Assembly: GCF_009834535.1 (NCBI RefSeq)
Contig: NC_045696.1
Coordinates: forward strand, 310,001-374,000
DNA from: Camelus ferus
Lineage: Eukaryota
Direction: 5' to 3'
DNA length: 64,000 bases
Shown: positions 49,782 to 60,328 of the stretch, piece after piece
How the letters are laid out: the number at the start of each line of letters is the position of its first letter
Numbering within the stretch: position 1 is the stretch's first letter
Program-made: the position numbers and the translations under genes
The notes under the pieces: generated by a model
Seen by the model: the letters and a program-made list of their open reading frames with translations, nothing else
The model's database searches: none
Told to the model about the DNA's origin: nothing

Positions 49782-50492
49782 CTTAAGGAGAAAAAAACTC
49801 CATGTATGAGGATTCTCTTTTAAAAGGCACGCACGTTATTCATGGCTTTTACTGTTGGCTATTTTCAGGGATTACAATTTTAAACATGTTTGGGCTTGGT
49901 GGGAGCTTGTGGGGCTAGGCAGAGTCCACCTAGGGGACGTGAAATAATAAAAACCATCAAACCACCAAACCACATTTCTTCTCAATCCTCTATGAAATAA
50001 ACTCTGCACAAAACTGGGCCGCGTGAACAAAGTACGCCTGTTACAAAACGGCCCTCTTTCTTTGTTCCAAAAGCACTGCTGGCAGAGGCTGTATGTGACA
50101 GGTGGCCGGCAAGAGCGTGTCCCTCCCCGAGGGTCCCCCGGGACAGGCCCATTCCCTCTGGTCAGCCCCCGGCAGGCGTGGGACACTGAGGAGGCACTGG
50201 AACCCACCAGACAGGAGGGCAAGACGCACCAGACCATCTGAGGGTGCTCTGTGCACGCAGGTGGGTCAGAGGGAGAGCGGGCTCCGCGCCCCACTGCCCG
50301 CTGCTTATCGGGCACTCACAGCAGTAGCCAAGACCCAAAGCCCTCCGGACGCAGCAGACGGGCAGCTGGTTTCCAGCCCAGGGTCTCGACAGTGCACTGA
50401 GTGGCCCCTCCGGAGGCAAACCACAGAAGAGGCAGGCTCCAAGGCGGGCAGGCAAGCAGGCGGGCGACAATGAACAAGAAAACTGGACTCAC

Positions 50493-50595
50493 CCGGCAGG
50501 AGCTGGATGCACCCAGTTCAGACTTCAGTGTCTCCAGCGTGTGCAGCAAAGACGCCACCGCCTTCTCGTTCGACGACGTCCAGTCACTGATGGTC
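50493..50595 (-). CDS. PCNT: PCNT exon (~40)
   Basis: CCCAG acceptor, CGG|GTGAG donor, 103 nt; TISDWTSSNEKAVASLLHTLETLKSELGASSSCR. Confidence 0.93.
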
Positions 50596-51319
50596 CTGGG
50601 GAAGCACATGACACTCACGAGGGGCACACGGGTCCAGCCAACAGGCGGGCACCCAGCAGGCCCTCCAAGTGATGGCGGCACCGAGGGGCAGGTGGTCCCG
50701 GGGTAGGCAGTCTGGTGAGCCCAGAAACCTCCAGAGGCTGACCGCCGACCCCAGGGCTTCCTCAGTGTGCCCACCCCCCACCACAGCTCTCTGCATGACT
50801 CTGCGTCTGTTACCAAAATGCCGCCCAAGGCGAGGCTTCACTGCTTCATTAACCAAACCCAGTGCAGACTGGAGAGCCGTGCTAGCTGAGTGTCCGTGTG
50901 CCCAGAAAAGGGCACACAGAACGAATGCTATCGTGAGTAATTTCTGTCCATGCCAAACGGCAGGGTCTCGGCTCCTCACCCAGGCAGACGCGTCCCCCTG
51001 GGGCGCAGACACGGGCGCCACCTCAACCTAGTGGCTTGGGCAGAGGGGTGGGGCTGGCCTTGGACTGGACCCTCTGGGCGGTGAGCAGTGGTAAACGGCA
51101 GGGGAGAACTGCTCTGAAAGGAACCTGTGTTTCCTGTTACACTAGAATGCAAGAGACACAGTTTCATCAGCATCTTCCCCGAGTTCACCCTCACACGCGG
51201 GCAGAGAATGGAGTCCATTTTACGGAAACACGGATCTGAAATCAAAGACACGCCCCGAAGCCGGGCTTCTTCCTGACATCAGCGGCGCTGACCCGCCATC
51301 ACGGTCCCGGGAGGCCCAC

Positions 51320-51555
51320 CTGTCCACCATCTGGTTGATGAAGCTGGTCAGGAGCCCAGCCGCGCAGAGCAGCTGCTGCCGCACCTTCTCCAGGCCCAGC
51401 TGCTGCTCCCGCAGGCGCTCGGCCTCCGCCTCAGTCTCGGCCATCCCCGCCGCCTCCGTGGGGCAGGGCCGCGCCCCTGCCTGCTGCTCCCTCAGCGTCC
51501 GCTGCAGCTGCTGGATCTTGTGCTCGTCTCGCTGGTGCTGCAGCTCCAATTCCCG
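51320..51555 (-). CDS. PCNT: PCNT exon (~39)
   Basis: CTCAG acceptor, AG|GTGGG donor, 236 nt; RELELQHQRDEHKIQQLQRTLRE...LLCAAGLLTSFINQMVD(R). Confidence 0.92.
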
Positions 51556-52149
51556 CTGAGGGTGACCGAGAAAACCGAAGAGACATCACCCACATATCCT
51601 GGGGCAGAGACCTCGACACACCCCCTCGACATGCTCTCGGCCGGTGCGACCCCTCAGATGGTGGAGCCACACTGCAGGGTCCCCTTCCTTTCTGAGAACC
51701 ATTAAGCTTTTGCCAGGCCCAAGGTGAGCACCAGGGGACAGAGGAGGGACCTGGGACGAGGACACAAACGTGAGGACGATTCACAGCCCGAGTTCTGGTC
51801 CCTCCATCTCAACACATTCACGCAACACAGTGCGCTGCGCATGTGAACGCACACACCCAGCACCGTGCAGCCCAAGTCCTGGGAGGCCCTCTGGCCTCCA
51901 AGCCCAACCTCACCAGGTGGAAACAACTCCCTCGTGAGATCCCTCCACTGTGGAGGTGCTGGAGAGCCCGCCAGCCAGGCACTGCTCCCTGCCCCACATC
52001 CAGGACCCGAGTCTCTGTGGGGCAGATGGCAGATCACCCAAAGAAACCAGTCCATGGACTGAGAAGTATGCTGAAGACAGCTGAGGCATGGAGAGCATTG
52101 GGGCCACTCACAGGGGAGGAGGGCTGGGGTGGGATGGAGACGATGGGCA

Positions 52150-52757
52150 GGACTGAGCAGGACAGGACAGGGAAGGACAGAGCAGGACAAGGCAGGACAA
52201 GGCAGGACAGGGCAGGACAGGGCAGGACAGGACAGGGCAGGACCAGGCAGGACAGGACAGGACACGACTGGGCAGGGCAGGACAAGACAGGACAGGGCAG
52301 GACAGGACAGGACACGACTGGGCAGGGCAGGACAAGGCAGGACAGGGCAGGGCAGGGCACGGCAGGATAGGACACAACTGAGCAGGGCAGGACAAGGTAG
52401 GACAAGGCAGGACAGGATAGGACACGACTGGGCAGGACAGGAGGGCAGGACCGGGCAGGACAGGACAAGACAGGACAGGACCAGGCAGGACAGGGCAGGA
52501 CAGGACAGGGCAGGACAAGGCAGGACAGGACCAGGCAGGACAGGACAGGACAGGACAGGACAGGACAGGACAAGGCAGGACAGGACAGGACACGACTGGG
52601 CAGGGCAGGACAAGGCAGGACAGGGCAGTACAGGGCAGGACAGGGCAGTACAGGGCAGGGCAGGGCAGGACAGGGCAGGACAAGACAGGACAGGGCAGGG
52701 TAGGGCAGGACAGGACCGAGCAGGACAGGGCAGGACAGGACAGGGCAGGCTGGGCAG
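52150..52757. repeat. ~600-bp pentameric tandem repeat (CAGGA/CAGGG/CAAGG)n with a higher-order unit
   Basis: Seen directly; a variant block gacacgactgggcag recurs at ~52261, 52311, 52371, 52421 and 52589. Confidence 0.95.
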
Positions 52758-54039
52758 GGAGCCCGCTACAGGCCAGCAGGCAGACCCTGCCGGCTTCCAG
52801 CCAAGCTCCTCCAGCCGCCACATGTGCAGCTCAGACCTGCCCTTTCCCGCATTGTCCCAGTCAGTGCTTGAGCCCCGTGGAGAAACTGGGACCCTCACTT
52901 ATCCATTTTCCAGATGAGCAAAGTAACAAACCGAGGGACCGACAGCTTATTTCCATTAGAAAAGATGAAACTGGCCTTACATAACTCTGAGAGGCCTGGC
53001 CTCTGTGGCCAGAGAAAGACCCCAACAGTCCAGATCAAGTTAACCATCCACAGCGGAAATGCACCGAAAGGACCATGTCGCTTAAAGACACACCCTGAGG
53101 TGCATCGTGAAGGACAGTTACTGGTTTCACTTAGAAGACACTTTGTATTAATTTTTTCAAGCAACTATGTTATCACATAGTTTTACAAAAACAAAAGCCA
53201 AAAAAACCCCCTAAAATTGAATAAAACGGTTTGGCAGAAGACTCTACATGTGGTTTGGGGCACCCTCTGGGACGCTCGTGAAAACTATAAAGCCCTCTTC
53301 CCACACCCAAAACCCGGAACACGCCCTGGGGGCCCTGGGGGCCAGGCCCGCCCGCCTCCTCCCCCTCCGTCCTGTAACACTGGGGACACCTCCCGGCCAC
53401 GCTCTGCCCCCACAAAGACTCCTCCACACCCAAGCCCTCCAGCTCCTCTGAGGGCTGCTTAACAGCACAAAAATCACAGACGGTCGCCAATGCGCCCCAA
53501 GGTGAGTGAACCCTGAAAACACCACGACATAAGCCAGAAACAGAAGCCCCCCGCCCCCGTAGGGGCCCAGTGATGAGAAACATCCAGAAGAGCAGACCCA
53601 CAGGGGCGGGAAGTAGGCGGGTGGTGCCAGGGGCTAGGAGGGCCGCACAGGTGCAGGGCTCCATCTGGGGGACGAGCATGTTCTGAAACTGATCATAGTG
53701 ACGGCTGCTCAACGCTTTGAATACAGCAAAAGCCACTGAATTGTGCAGTTTACACCGGTGAACTTGGTGGTGTGTATGAATAATAATGAATATTCATTTC
53801 TCAACCATTTCACGGCAGGCTAGCCATTAAAAAGACTGGGCCATTGGTTTTCATTGTGCGTATTAAAAGCTTTTTATAATTTCACAAAACACAGAAATAA
53901 TAAAGGTGTGTTTTTTGAAGTTTTAAAATAATATTTTTAAAGAGAGCAAAATGTCAATTCATGAGAAGACAGAAGATATACTTCCCTTAGAAATAAAGGC
54001 TTCTATTGACATAAAATATGTTTAAAATTAAGGCTCATC

Positions 54040-55200
54040 CAAAAAATAAAGGAGGGAACATTTCCAAGCCCATCCTGCAAGGTCAAAATCATCCTAACAA
54101 CAACAACAACAAAAGAGCCAAAACCAAAGCCAAAAAAACCCCAAAGCATCACAAAAGACTATAGAACAATACCCCTTCCACATATAAATGCAAAATACAA
54201 TAAAATCCTTAATAAAATACCAGCAAACTGAATCCAACACCGGGAGAAAAGAACCTACACCAAACTCAAGTGGGAGCCTCCCGAGAAGGCAAGGATGTCT
54301 CGACATGTGAGAGCAGCACCAGGTATTGTAGCAACAGAAGGACAAAACCACAGATCTCAAGAAAAACTGAAAAACCAAATCCAGTGCCCTCTCATGATTG
54401 GAAATAAAGATAGGAAAGACCGCATAAACCAGAACAGACGGGCATTCCCCTGCTGAAGGTGTCCACAGTCCCACAGCTGCCATCAAACTCGGCGCCAGCA
54501 GACCGGCTGCTCCCTAATTTCAGGAATCGGGCTGGACGCTGCCCTCAGCCTGGCTCATGGTGCACCGGGCGTCCCAGCCAGGCGTCGGCAAGGCGACGAG
54601 AGAAGGGAACCCTGGTTGGAAAGGAGCAAGTGAAACTGTCTATTCGCAAATAACGTACTCTTTGACATGAAAAATTCCAAAGAACCCATTAAAAAAACCA
54701 GAACTAACAAACCAGTTCAGCAAGGCTGCAGGATGCAAGATGAAGGTATAAAAACCACCTGTATTTGTTACACGCTAGCAAACAACTATCTGAAAGTGAA
54801 AGCAAAATCAACTAAATATGTAACAGCATCAAAAAGTAATATTTATGAATAAATTTAACAAAAGAAATACAAAGCTTATCACCTGAAAGGACCAAAACAT
54901 CTTTGAAAGAAATTAAAGAAAACCTAAATAAACGGAGAGAACTTCCAACTTCGCGGACAAGAAGACCTAACGTTGTTAAGGGGATGGTACTCCCCAAAGA
55001 GAACCACAGATCCACGCAACCCTGACCAAATTCCCAGGGGCCTCACTGCAGGGATGGGAAGGCCATCCTCAGGTGCTCATGAAGCTGCCAGGGCCCTGAG
55101 CACCCAAACCCACTTGAAAAGCAAAGACGGCACTCACACACTTCCCGACCTCCAACCTGCTACAAAGCGGCCGTGTTCTGAGGAGGGATGCACGGACACC
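54040..55200 (+). mobile_element. Old L1M ORF2 fragment
   Basis: aaatccttaataaaataccagcaaactgaatccaac, gtgaaactgtctattcgcaaataac (decayed LFADD motif) and aaagaaattaaagaaaacctaaataaacggaga. Confidence 0.7.
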
Positions 55201-55231
55201 AGGACAGGCCCCCAGGCCGCAGCGGGCTCAC

Positions 55232-55831
55232 CAGCGTCTCCTTGTCTCTCTGCCACCTCCTCCACTTGTGCGCGTCCGCTCTGCTGGGCCTCAGCTCCGC
55301 TCCTGTCCTCGCGGCCTTGCGTCCTTCCTGCTCTGCCCGTCCCGCGTGCGGCTGCTCTAACTCTGCCTGGCCCCGCGCAGGCCTCTCCCGCTCTCTCTCC
55401 AGGGTCTGCAGGGCCTCCACGGTGGGCCTCGGCACGGCACTTACCTCCTGCTCCCTCTCGGCCTCCTGGGCCCGCCGCCGGGCTGTGTCCAGCGCCACCT
55501 CCAGCTCCCGCACGCGGGCCCCCTGGCTCTTCAGCTTCTGCAGCAGCGCCTGGTGCGCCTGCTTCTCCTGCGCCCGCCGGCTCAGCCGTTCGGTCAAGAG
55601 GCGCTCATGGTGCAAGGCCTCCGACAACTCCCGTGCCCGGCCCTGCTCGGCCTCCAGGCTCCGCTGCAGCTCAGAGAGGTGGCCGCGCTCCTGGGCCAGC
55701 AGCGCCTCGCAGCGCGAGGTCTCGATCTGCAGCTCCTTCCGGAGGTTGTCCTTTGCCGTCTGCTCGTGCTCCAGGGCGACACACAGCTGGTTACTATGAG
55801 CAAACTGCTTCTCCAAAGACGTTCTTAGCTC
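55232..55831 (-). CDS. PCNT: PCNT exon (~38), large coiled-coil exon
   Basis: ACAG acceptor, CTG|GTGAG donor, 600 nt; ELRTSLEKQFAHSNQLCVALEHEQTAKDNLRKELQIE...HKWRRWQRDKETL. Confidence 0.93.
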
Positions 55832-55988
55832 CTGTGTCATGCACGGAAAGACAGATCAGAAGAATTAAATCAAGGGCAAAAGTGTCTAAACAGTTTTCCT
55901 GCCCACGTCTGTTTGTGCCCCCAACCCAGCAGGTAAACGTTTGGACGTGATCCCTTGGGTGGGTGAGAGGAGTGTGTTGGCCCCCGAC

Positions 55989-56371
55989 TGTGGGAACCAA
56001 GGGCCGGAATGGTAAACAAATTCTAAAAAGCTGCAGACTCAGAGGTGAGAAGGCTGGTTAGCCAAGGATGGGTAAGATCCCCAGAGGGAGGGCAACCTAA
56101 AACAGGAACAGCCGCCTGAGTCCAAGAAGAACGTTGTAAAGCAGCCGTTTCTCATACATTCCGCCCTGATAAGCTGTAAGGCTCACTGGTGCCAACATGA
56201 ACATGATTTACCAAAACAAAGGGTCTTCTGACCTTGAGCCAGACGCTGCCTGTCAACTATTTCCTTTGTCATTCTTCTTTGCTATATAAGACCGTGCAAC
56301 TTAATAAAGCTTCAGAGTAGCCATCAGCTCTCTCCACATAGCAGTGTATATGTGTACATGGTATCGCGACA
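55989..56371 (+). mobile_element. Solo ERV LTR (383 bp) in a PCNT intron, antisense to PCNT
   Basis: TGTGGGA...TCGCGACA termini; perfect 5-bp TSD ccgac (55984-55988 / 56372-56376); TATATAA at 56283-56289 and AATAAA at 56303-56308. Confidence 0.85.
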
Positions 56372-56845
56372 CCGACAGAGTATGTGTGTGGCTCCTCCTG
56401 TGACTCTGCCTGCCTTGTTTGCGGTCAAGGCACTTCTGACAGCAGCGTACACGTCCGGGTTCATCTCCCTGCCCTCAGCCACAACACCCAGGACTCAGTC
56501 ATACTCGCCCCCCTGTGTCAACCGCAGCTCTGTGCTGGTAAACGGCAGCCTCGCCCTAACCACTGACGGTGGTCAGCTTGTCCAGGACCATAAAAGACCA
56601 CCAGATATGGCCACTATGGCTGCCACACAAGGCACCACTGCACACAAGGCACCGCCGCACACACAGCCTCTGCCACAATGCTCTGATGCTGCGTCCACCT
56701 TGCAGAAGCAAATGTGCGGAGGTGGTGGGAACTGTGAGCAGCCATGCCGTCCGTCACCAAAGAGACACTCTGTGACCTGAAGGTGTGGCCCCCTCACCAC
56801 CCCGAAGCCTCATCCACGGGCAGGACCACTGGCTGCAAGCCTCAC

Positions 56846-56996
56846 CTCCAGGGTCTTGGCGCTCTGGCCCTCCCTCTGCAGGTACTGCAGCCGCTCCTCC
56901 TCCAGCCGGCTCTGCAGGGCCTGCCCCTTCACCCGCTCGCCCTCCAGCTGCTGCAGTGCGTTCGCCAGGTCCTTCTCCTTACTGTCCAGCACCGAC
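56846..56996 (-). CDS. PCNT: PCNT exon (~37)
   Basis: ACAG acceptor, GAG|GTGAG donor, 151 nt; SVLDSKEKDLANALQQLEGERVKGQALQSRLEEERLQYLQREGQSAKTLE. Confidence 0.93.
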
Positions 56997-57230
56997 CTGT
57001 GTGGGGACAGCACTCTCAGAGGGACATGCGCCAGCACCCGAAGCTCTCAGGCAGGGAAGGCAGGCCCTGCCACCTCCTGGCCCAAGTGCTCAGCCCTCCA
57101 CGAGCACGTGGGAACAGAATGGTCCCCTCCAAACACGGCAGGAGCCATGCGAGTTCCACTGCTCCTCCTGAGGAGTGGAAGCCAGGGTGGGTAGAGGTGG
57201 CGAGGGCAGGCCAGTCAGGTGTGGACACAC

Positions 57231-57453
57231 CTCAGCTGGAGGACCTCCTTCTGCACATCGTTGAGGGACCGTAGCAGCCTTTCGTTGTCCTGTTTGCACT
57301 CGCACAGCTCGGACTTTAGGTCCCTGACCGCACTCTGTTCCACCACCAGCAGCTTCCGAACATGATTTGCTTTCTCCTGCTCTTCGTTCAGGGTTTTCTG
57401 CAGATCGCTCGCTATACACTTTTCCTGCTCAACCTTATAGGCCAGTAACTCAA
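57231..57453 (-). CDS. PCNT: PCNT exon (~36)
   Basis: TTTTCAG acceptor, AG|GTGTGT donor, 223 nt; (V)ELLAYKVEQEKCIASDLQKTLNEEQEKAN...SLNDVQKEVLQL(R). Confidence 0.93.
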
Positions 57454-58433
57454 CTGAAAAAGAGATTAAATGTGAAACATCATTATTCAGGAGGCCACAG
57501 TGAGCTGCAAATGACTTAACAAAATTAAAAGCAGACCAAGGGGACAGGATGTAATCATTTCGGGAGACCATGAAGTTTCCATGACCCAGAAGCGTTGATT
57601 CTGCTGAGAGAGGACATGTGGGACACACGCCCTCTGCTCACACCCCCGTAAGCCTTGCCCTCGTGGCTGGTGAGGAGCAAAGAGACACAGGGGCAGAGAG
57701 TGGGCAGGACATCCTCCAGCCTCGCAGGCCTTGCAGGTGCAACGCAGCCCCCCGGGCGTGGTCTCCCAGAGGCAGAGTTTGGAGGTGGGCCGAAAAGGAC
57801 CTGACCAGGAAAGGCTGCTCAGACCCAACCCTGCCTGGTGCACGGAGAACAGATGCAACCATCCCTGTAGTCACCCCGAAACCCACCTTACCCACCACTC
57901 CTACACTGCCTGCCTCCCACCAGGCTTCACTGGAGAACTCTCCCAAAACCAAGGAGGAAATAATCCCATTTCTACAGAGTCCTGTGGAGAACACAGGGGC
58001 AGAGACACGGGTCCTCCAGGAGGCTGGCATCCCCCTGACACCAAAACCAGGACCGCCATGAACAAAATGCCAAAGACTAGCAAATCAAGCCCAGAAACAT
58101 GCAGCATGAGGCTCCAGGCTGGGGTCGTGGCTGGAACGCAGGCCGCCCCAGGACAGAAACGGCCTGTCACCCAGCACTCGGGAGCCCCGCGAGCAGTGAC
58201 GAGAACGGGAAGTAGACGGGGAAGAAGAATAAAGTAAAGTACTCTCTGCTCACAGACGTGTCTGTGTGAAAACCCCAGAGTCTAAATAAAACGCAGAAAC
58301 TTGCAACAGGACCCTCAAGCCTCATGTGAGCTTGAGACCCTCATGCAAGTGGCCCTGTGGCGCCCCCAGCGCCGGCCCTGATCGGCACGTGTCCTGTGCT
58401 CTGGGGCCCAGGGAGCCCGAGGGCCGCGCGCAC

Positions 58434-58629
58434 CCTGCCTCCGCAGCTGGTGCTCCCGCCGGCTCCCGCGGGCCTCTGTGTTGGTCAGTGCCACGCACAG
58501 CTGCTGCAGCTTCTCTTGGTTCTGCAGGTGCGTCATCCGCAGCTGGGCGCGCAGAGCCTGGATCTCTGACAGCAGGCGGCTCCTGTCCGACAGGTGAAGG
58601 TGCTCCAAGGACTTCTCCTGCAGCCCTCC
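58434..58629 (-). CDS. PCNT: PCNT exon (~35)
   Basis: CTGCAG acceptor, G|GTGCG donor, 196 nt; GGLQEKSLEHLHLSDRSRLLSEIQALRAQLRMTHLQNQEKLQQLCVALTNTEARGSRREHQLRRQ. Confidence 0.93.
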
Positions 58630-59260
58630 CTGCAGATGGGGCGGGGAGGGGAGCGGTCAGGGGACATCACAGACATGGCAGGAGAAGGAGGTCCCAAGGG
58701 CTGCGGGGCCAGGCAAGAGCAGCCCCTGCTCTGCAAACTCAAGCTCCCAGCATCACTGCCACAGCTCACGGGTCTCAGTCTAGTCCTCGACCAGGGCAAG
58801 AGCAGGCTCGCAGGAAGACATGTGTGACAACTGTGTGGCACGGAACGTGGGCACAGTGGCCCTGGGACCCTCAGATTGCCCCTAGCACCTTGGTCTCACT
58901 TCCTGGGCCTGGTCAATGCCCGGCATCTGGACTCCAGTGCCCTCTCAGTGCAGACCCTCCAACCCTCAGACCCCAGGCTCAGCGCTCACAAGCCAGGGCT
59001 GGGCCGCCTGGAATTGGCCTTTTGCTTTCAAGGAAAGGCCAGTTATTTCCAGAACAGAGTGAGGCTGTGAAAGAGGGTCAATCTATAAAGCTTTCCACTT
59101 CACTGGAATTCACACATAAAAACGCAGCATTATCCTTAGACTGAAGCAGGGTCTGCCCCTCAATCTCCACCACGTTCTAAGGTCAGGTGAAACATGGGAA
59201 CCAAAGCTCCCATCACCCTCTGTTAGGGGTGGGGGGCTCCGGGGGTCGAGGCTAGCTCAC

Positions 59261-59434
59261 CTGCTCCTGGACCACCTTCTCCAGCCTCTCCAACAGCGTG
59301 CTGCAGCCCCCAACGTCCGAACCACAGAGTCGGGGCCGCAGCTCAACTTTCAGCATCTCTCGCTCTTTTTCAAAGGCTTCCTGGACAACCTGCAGAAATT
59401 CTCCCCTCCAATCGAGGCCCAGGTCAGAAGGTTC
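59261..59434 (-). CDS. PCNT: PCNT exon (~34)
   Basis: TTTAG acceptor, CAG|GTGAG donor, 174 nt; EPSDLGLDWRGEFLQVVQEAFEKEREMLKVELRPRLCGSDVGGCSTLLERLEKVVQEQ. Confidence 0.92.
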
Positions 59435-60133
59435 CTAAAGTATCAGAACAAGGAGCTCGGTGTTCCTACATACGCGTCCTGCAGATCTGACAGAACCTAC
59501 CCCGACTGAAGAGGGTGCACAGGTGCCCAGGACCAGCTGGGGCACGAGGAGCCAGGGCTGCCCTCGAGGGAGGTGAGACGGGGCAACCCCCACCTAACTG
59601 TGCACCAGCCCCGGTCCAGGAGAGGCCAGGGCCCTGGGTGGCAGCAGGGCGTTTGCAGGCGTGTGTGCCGTGCAGGCCGTGAGCGGGCTGGCTGCCCTTT
59701 GCCCTCTGCACCCAGCCTGTGCTGCCCACCCCCCGCCCCTGAAGATCGAAGGCCGGCCTTGGGGTCTGGCCCACTGTTCCCTCCGCCCCGTGGCCTGTTG
59801 GCTCCCCTTGGGCGGCTTCAGTACCCAGCCATGACCTCTGTGCTGGCCCTCAGCTGCAGCGTGGACACTGAGACCCTGTGGCCTCAGGCCCGGCCTGCAT
59901 GCCCATCTCCCCATCCCATCCCTTCCCCGCAGCCTCTCCTGCCCTAACAAGGCCTGGAAGGTGCCGGCATGTGGCTGGAGCCTAGAGAACACAAGTGAGG
60001 GGGTGGCTGGCTGGGACACGGTCTCGCTGCCGCCGCTGACCCACCTCTCGTTGCCTTATTCCCACCCTGTGGCCAAGCAGAGCCCTCAAGCTGGCCCAGC
60101 CCACTGCTCTTCTTTTACCCAGAATGCCTGTAC

Positions 60134-60328
60134 CTTCTCTCCCTTTTGGGGTGCTGGGGTGGGGTGCCCCCTCGGAGGCGCTGCTGCCTCCAGCAGCCCC
60201 CGGCACCCCTGTGGGAGGCGCTCGAGGGGGGTGCTGGGCTCGCCCCTGCTCAGGACGCTGGGCGGTCCACGGCACTCGGACAGGGCCAGGATGTGGTGGC
60301 TCTCATCACACACCATCTGCAGCAGGGC
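60134..60328 (-). CDS. PCNT: PCNT exon (~33)
   Basis: CCAG acceptor; ALLQMVCDESHHILALSECRGPP...PQKGEK; donor AAG|GTACAG; 195 nt, phase 0/0. The donor is less certain than the acceptor. Confidence 0.8.

Noticed and set aside
51702..52917. Long Cys/Pro/Ser-rich (398, 237, 179 aa) and Gly/Gln/Arg-rich (262, 175 aa) ORFs resembling keratin-associated or metallothionein-like proteins
   Set aside because: They are translations of a stop-free pentamer tandem repeat in a PCNT intron and are open in several frames on both strands.
54973..55950. 325-aa and 203-aa plus-strand ORFs
   Set aside because: Antisense shadows of the GC-rich 600-nt PCNT exon.
60128..60133. Alternative GC donor (CAG|GCATTC) extending the PCNT exon by 2 codons
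   Set aside because: Poor match to the GC-AG donor consensus (GCAAGT); the in-frame GT donor at 60133 is sufficient.
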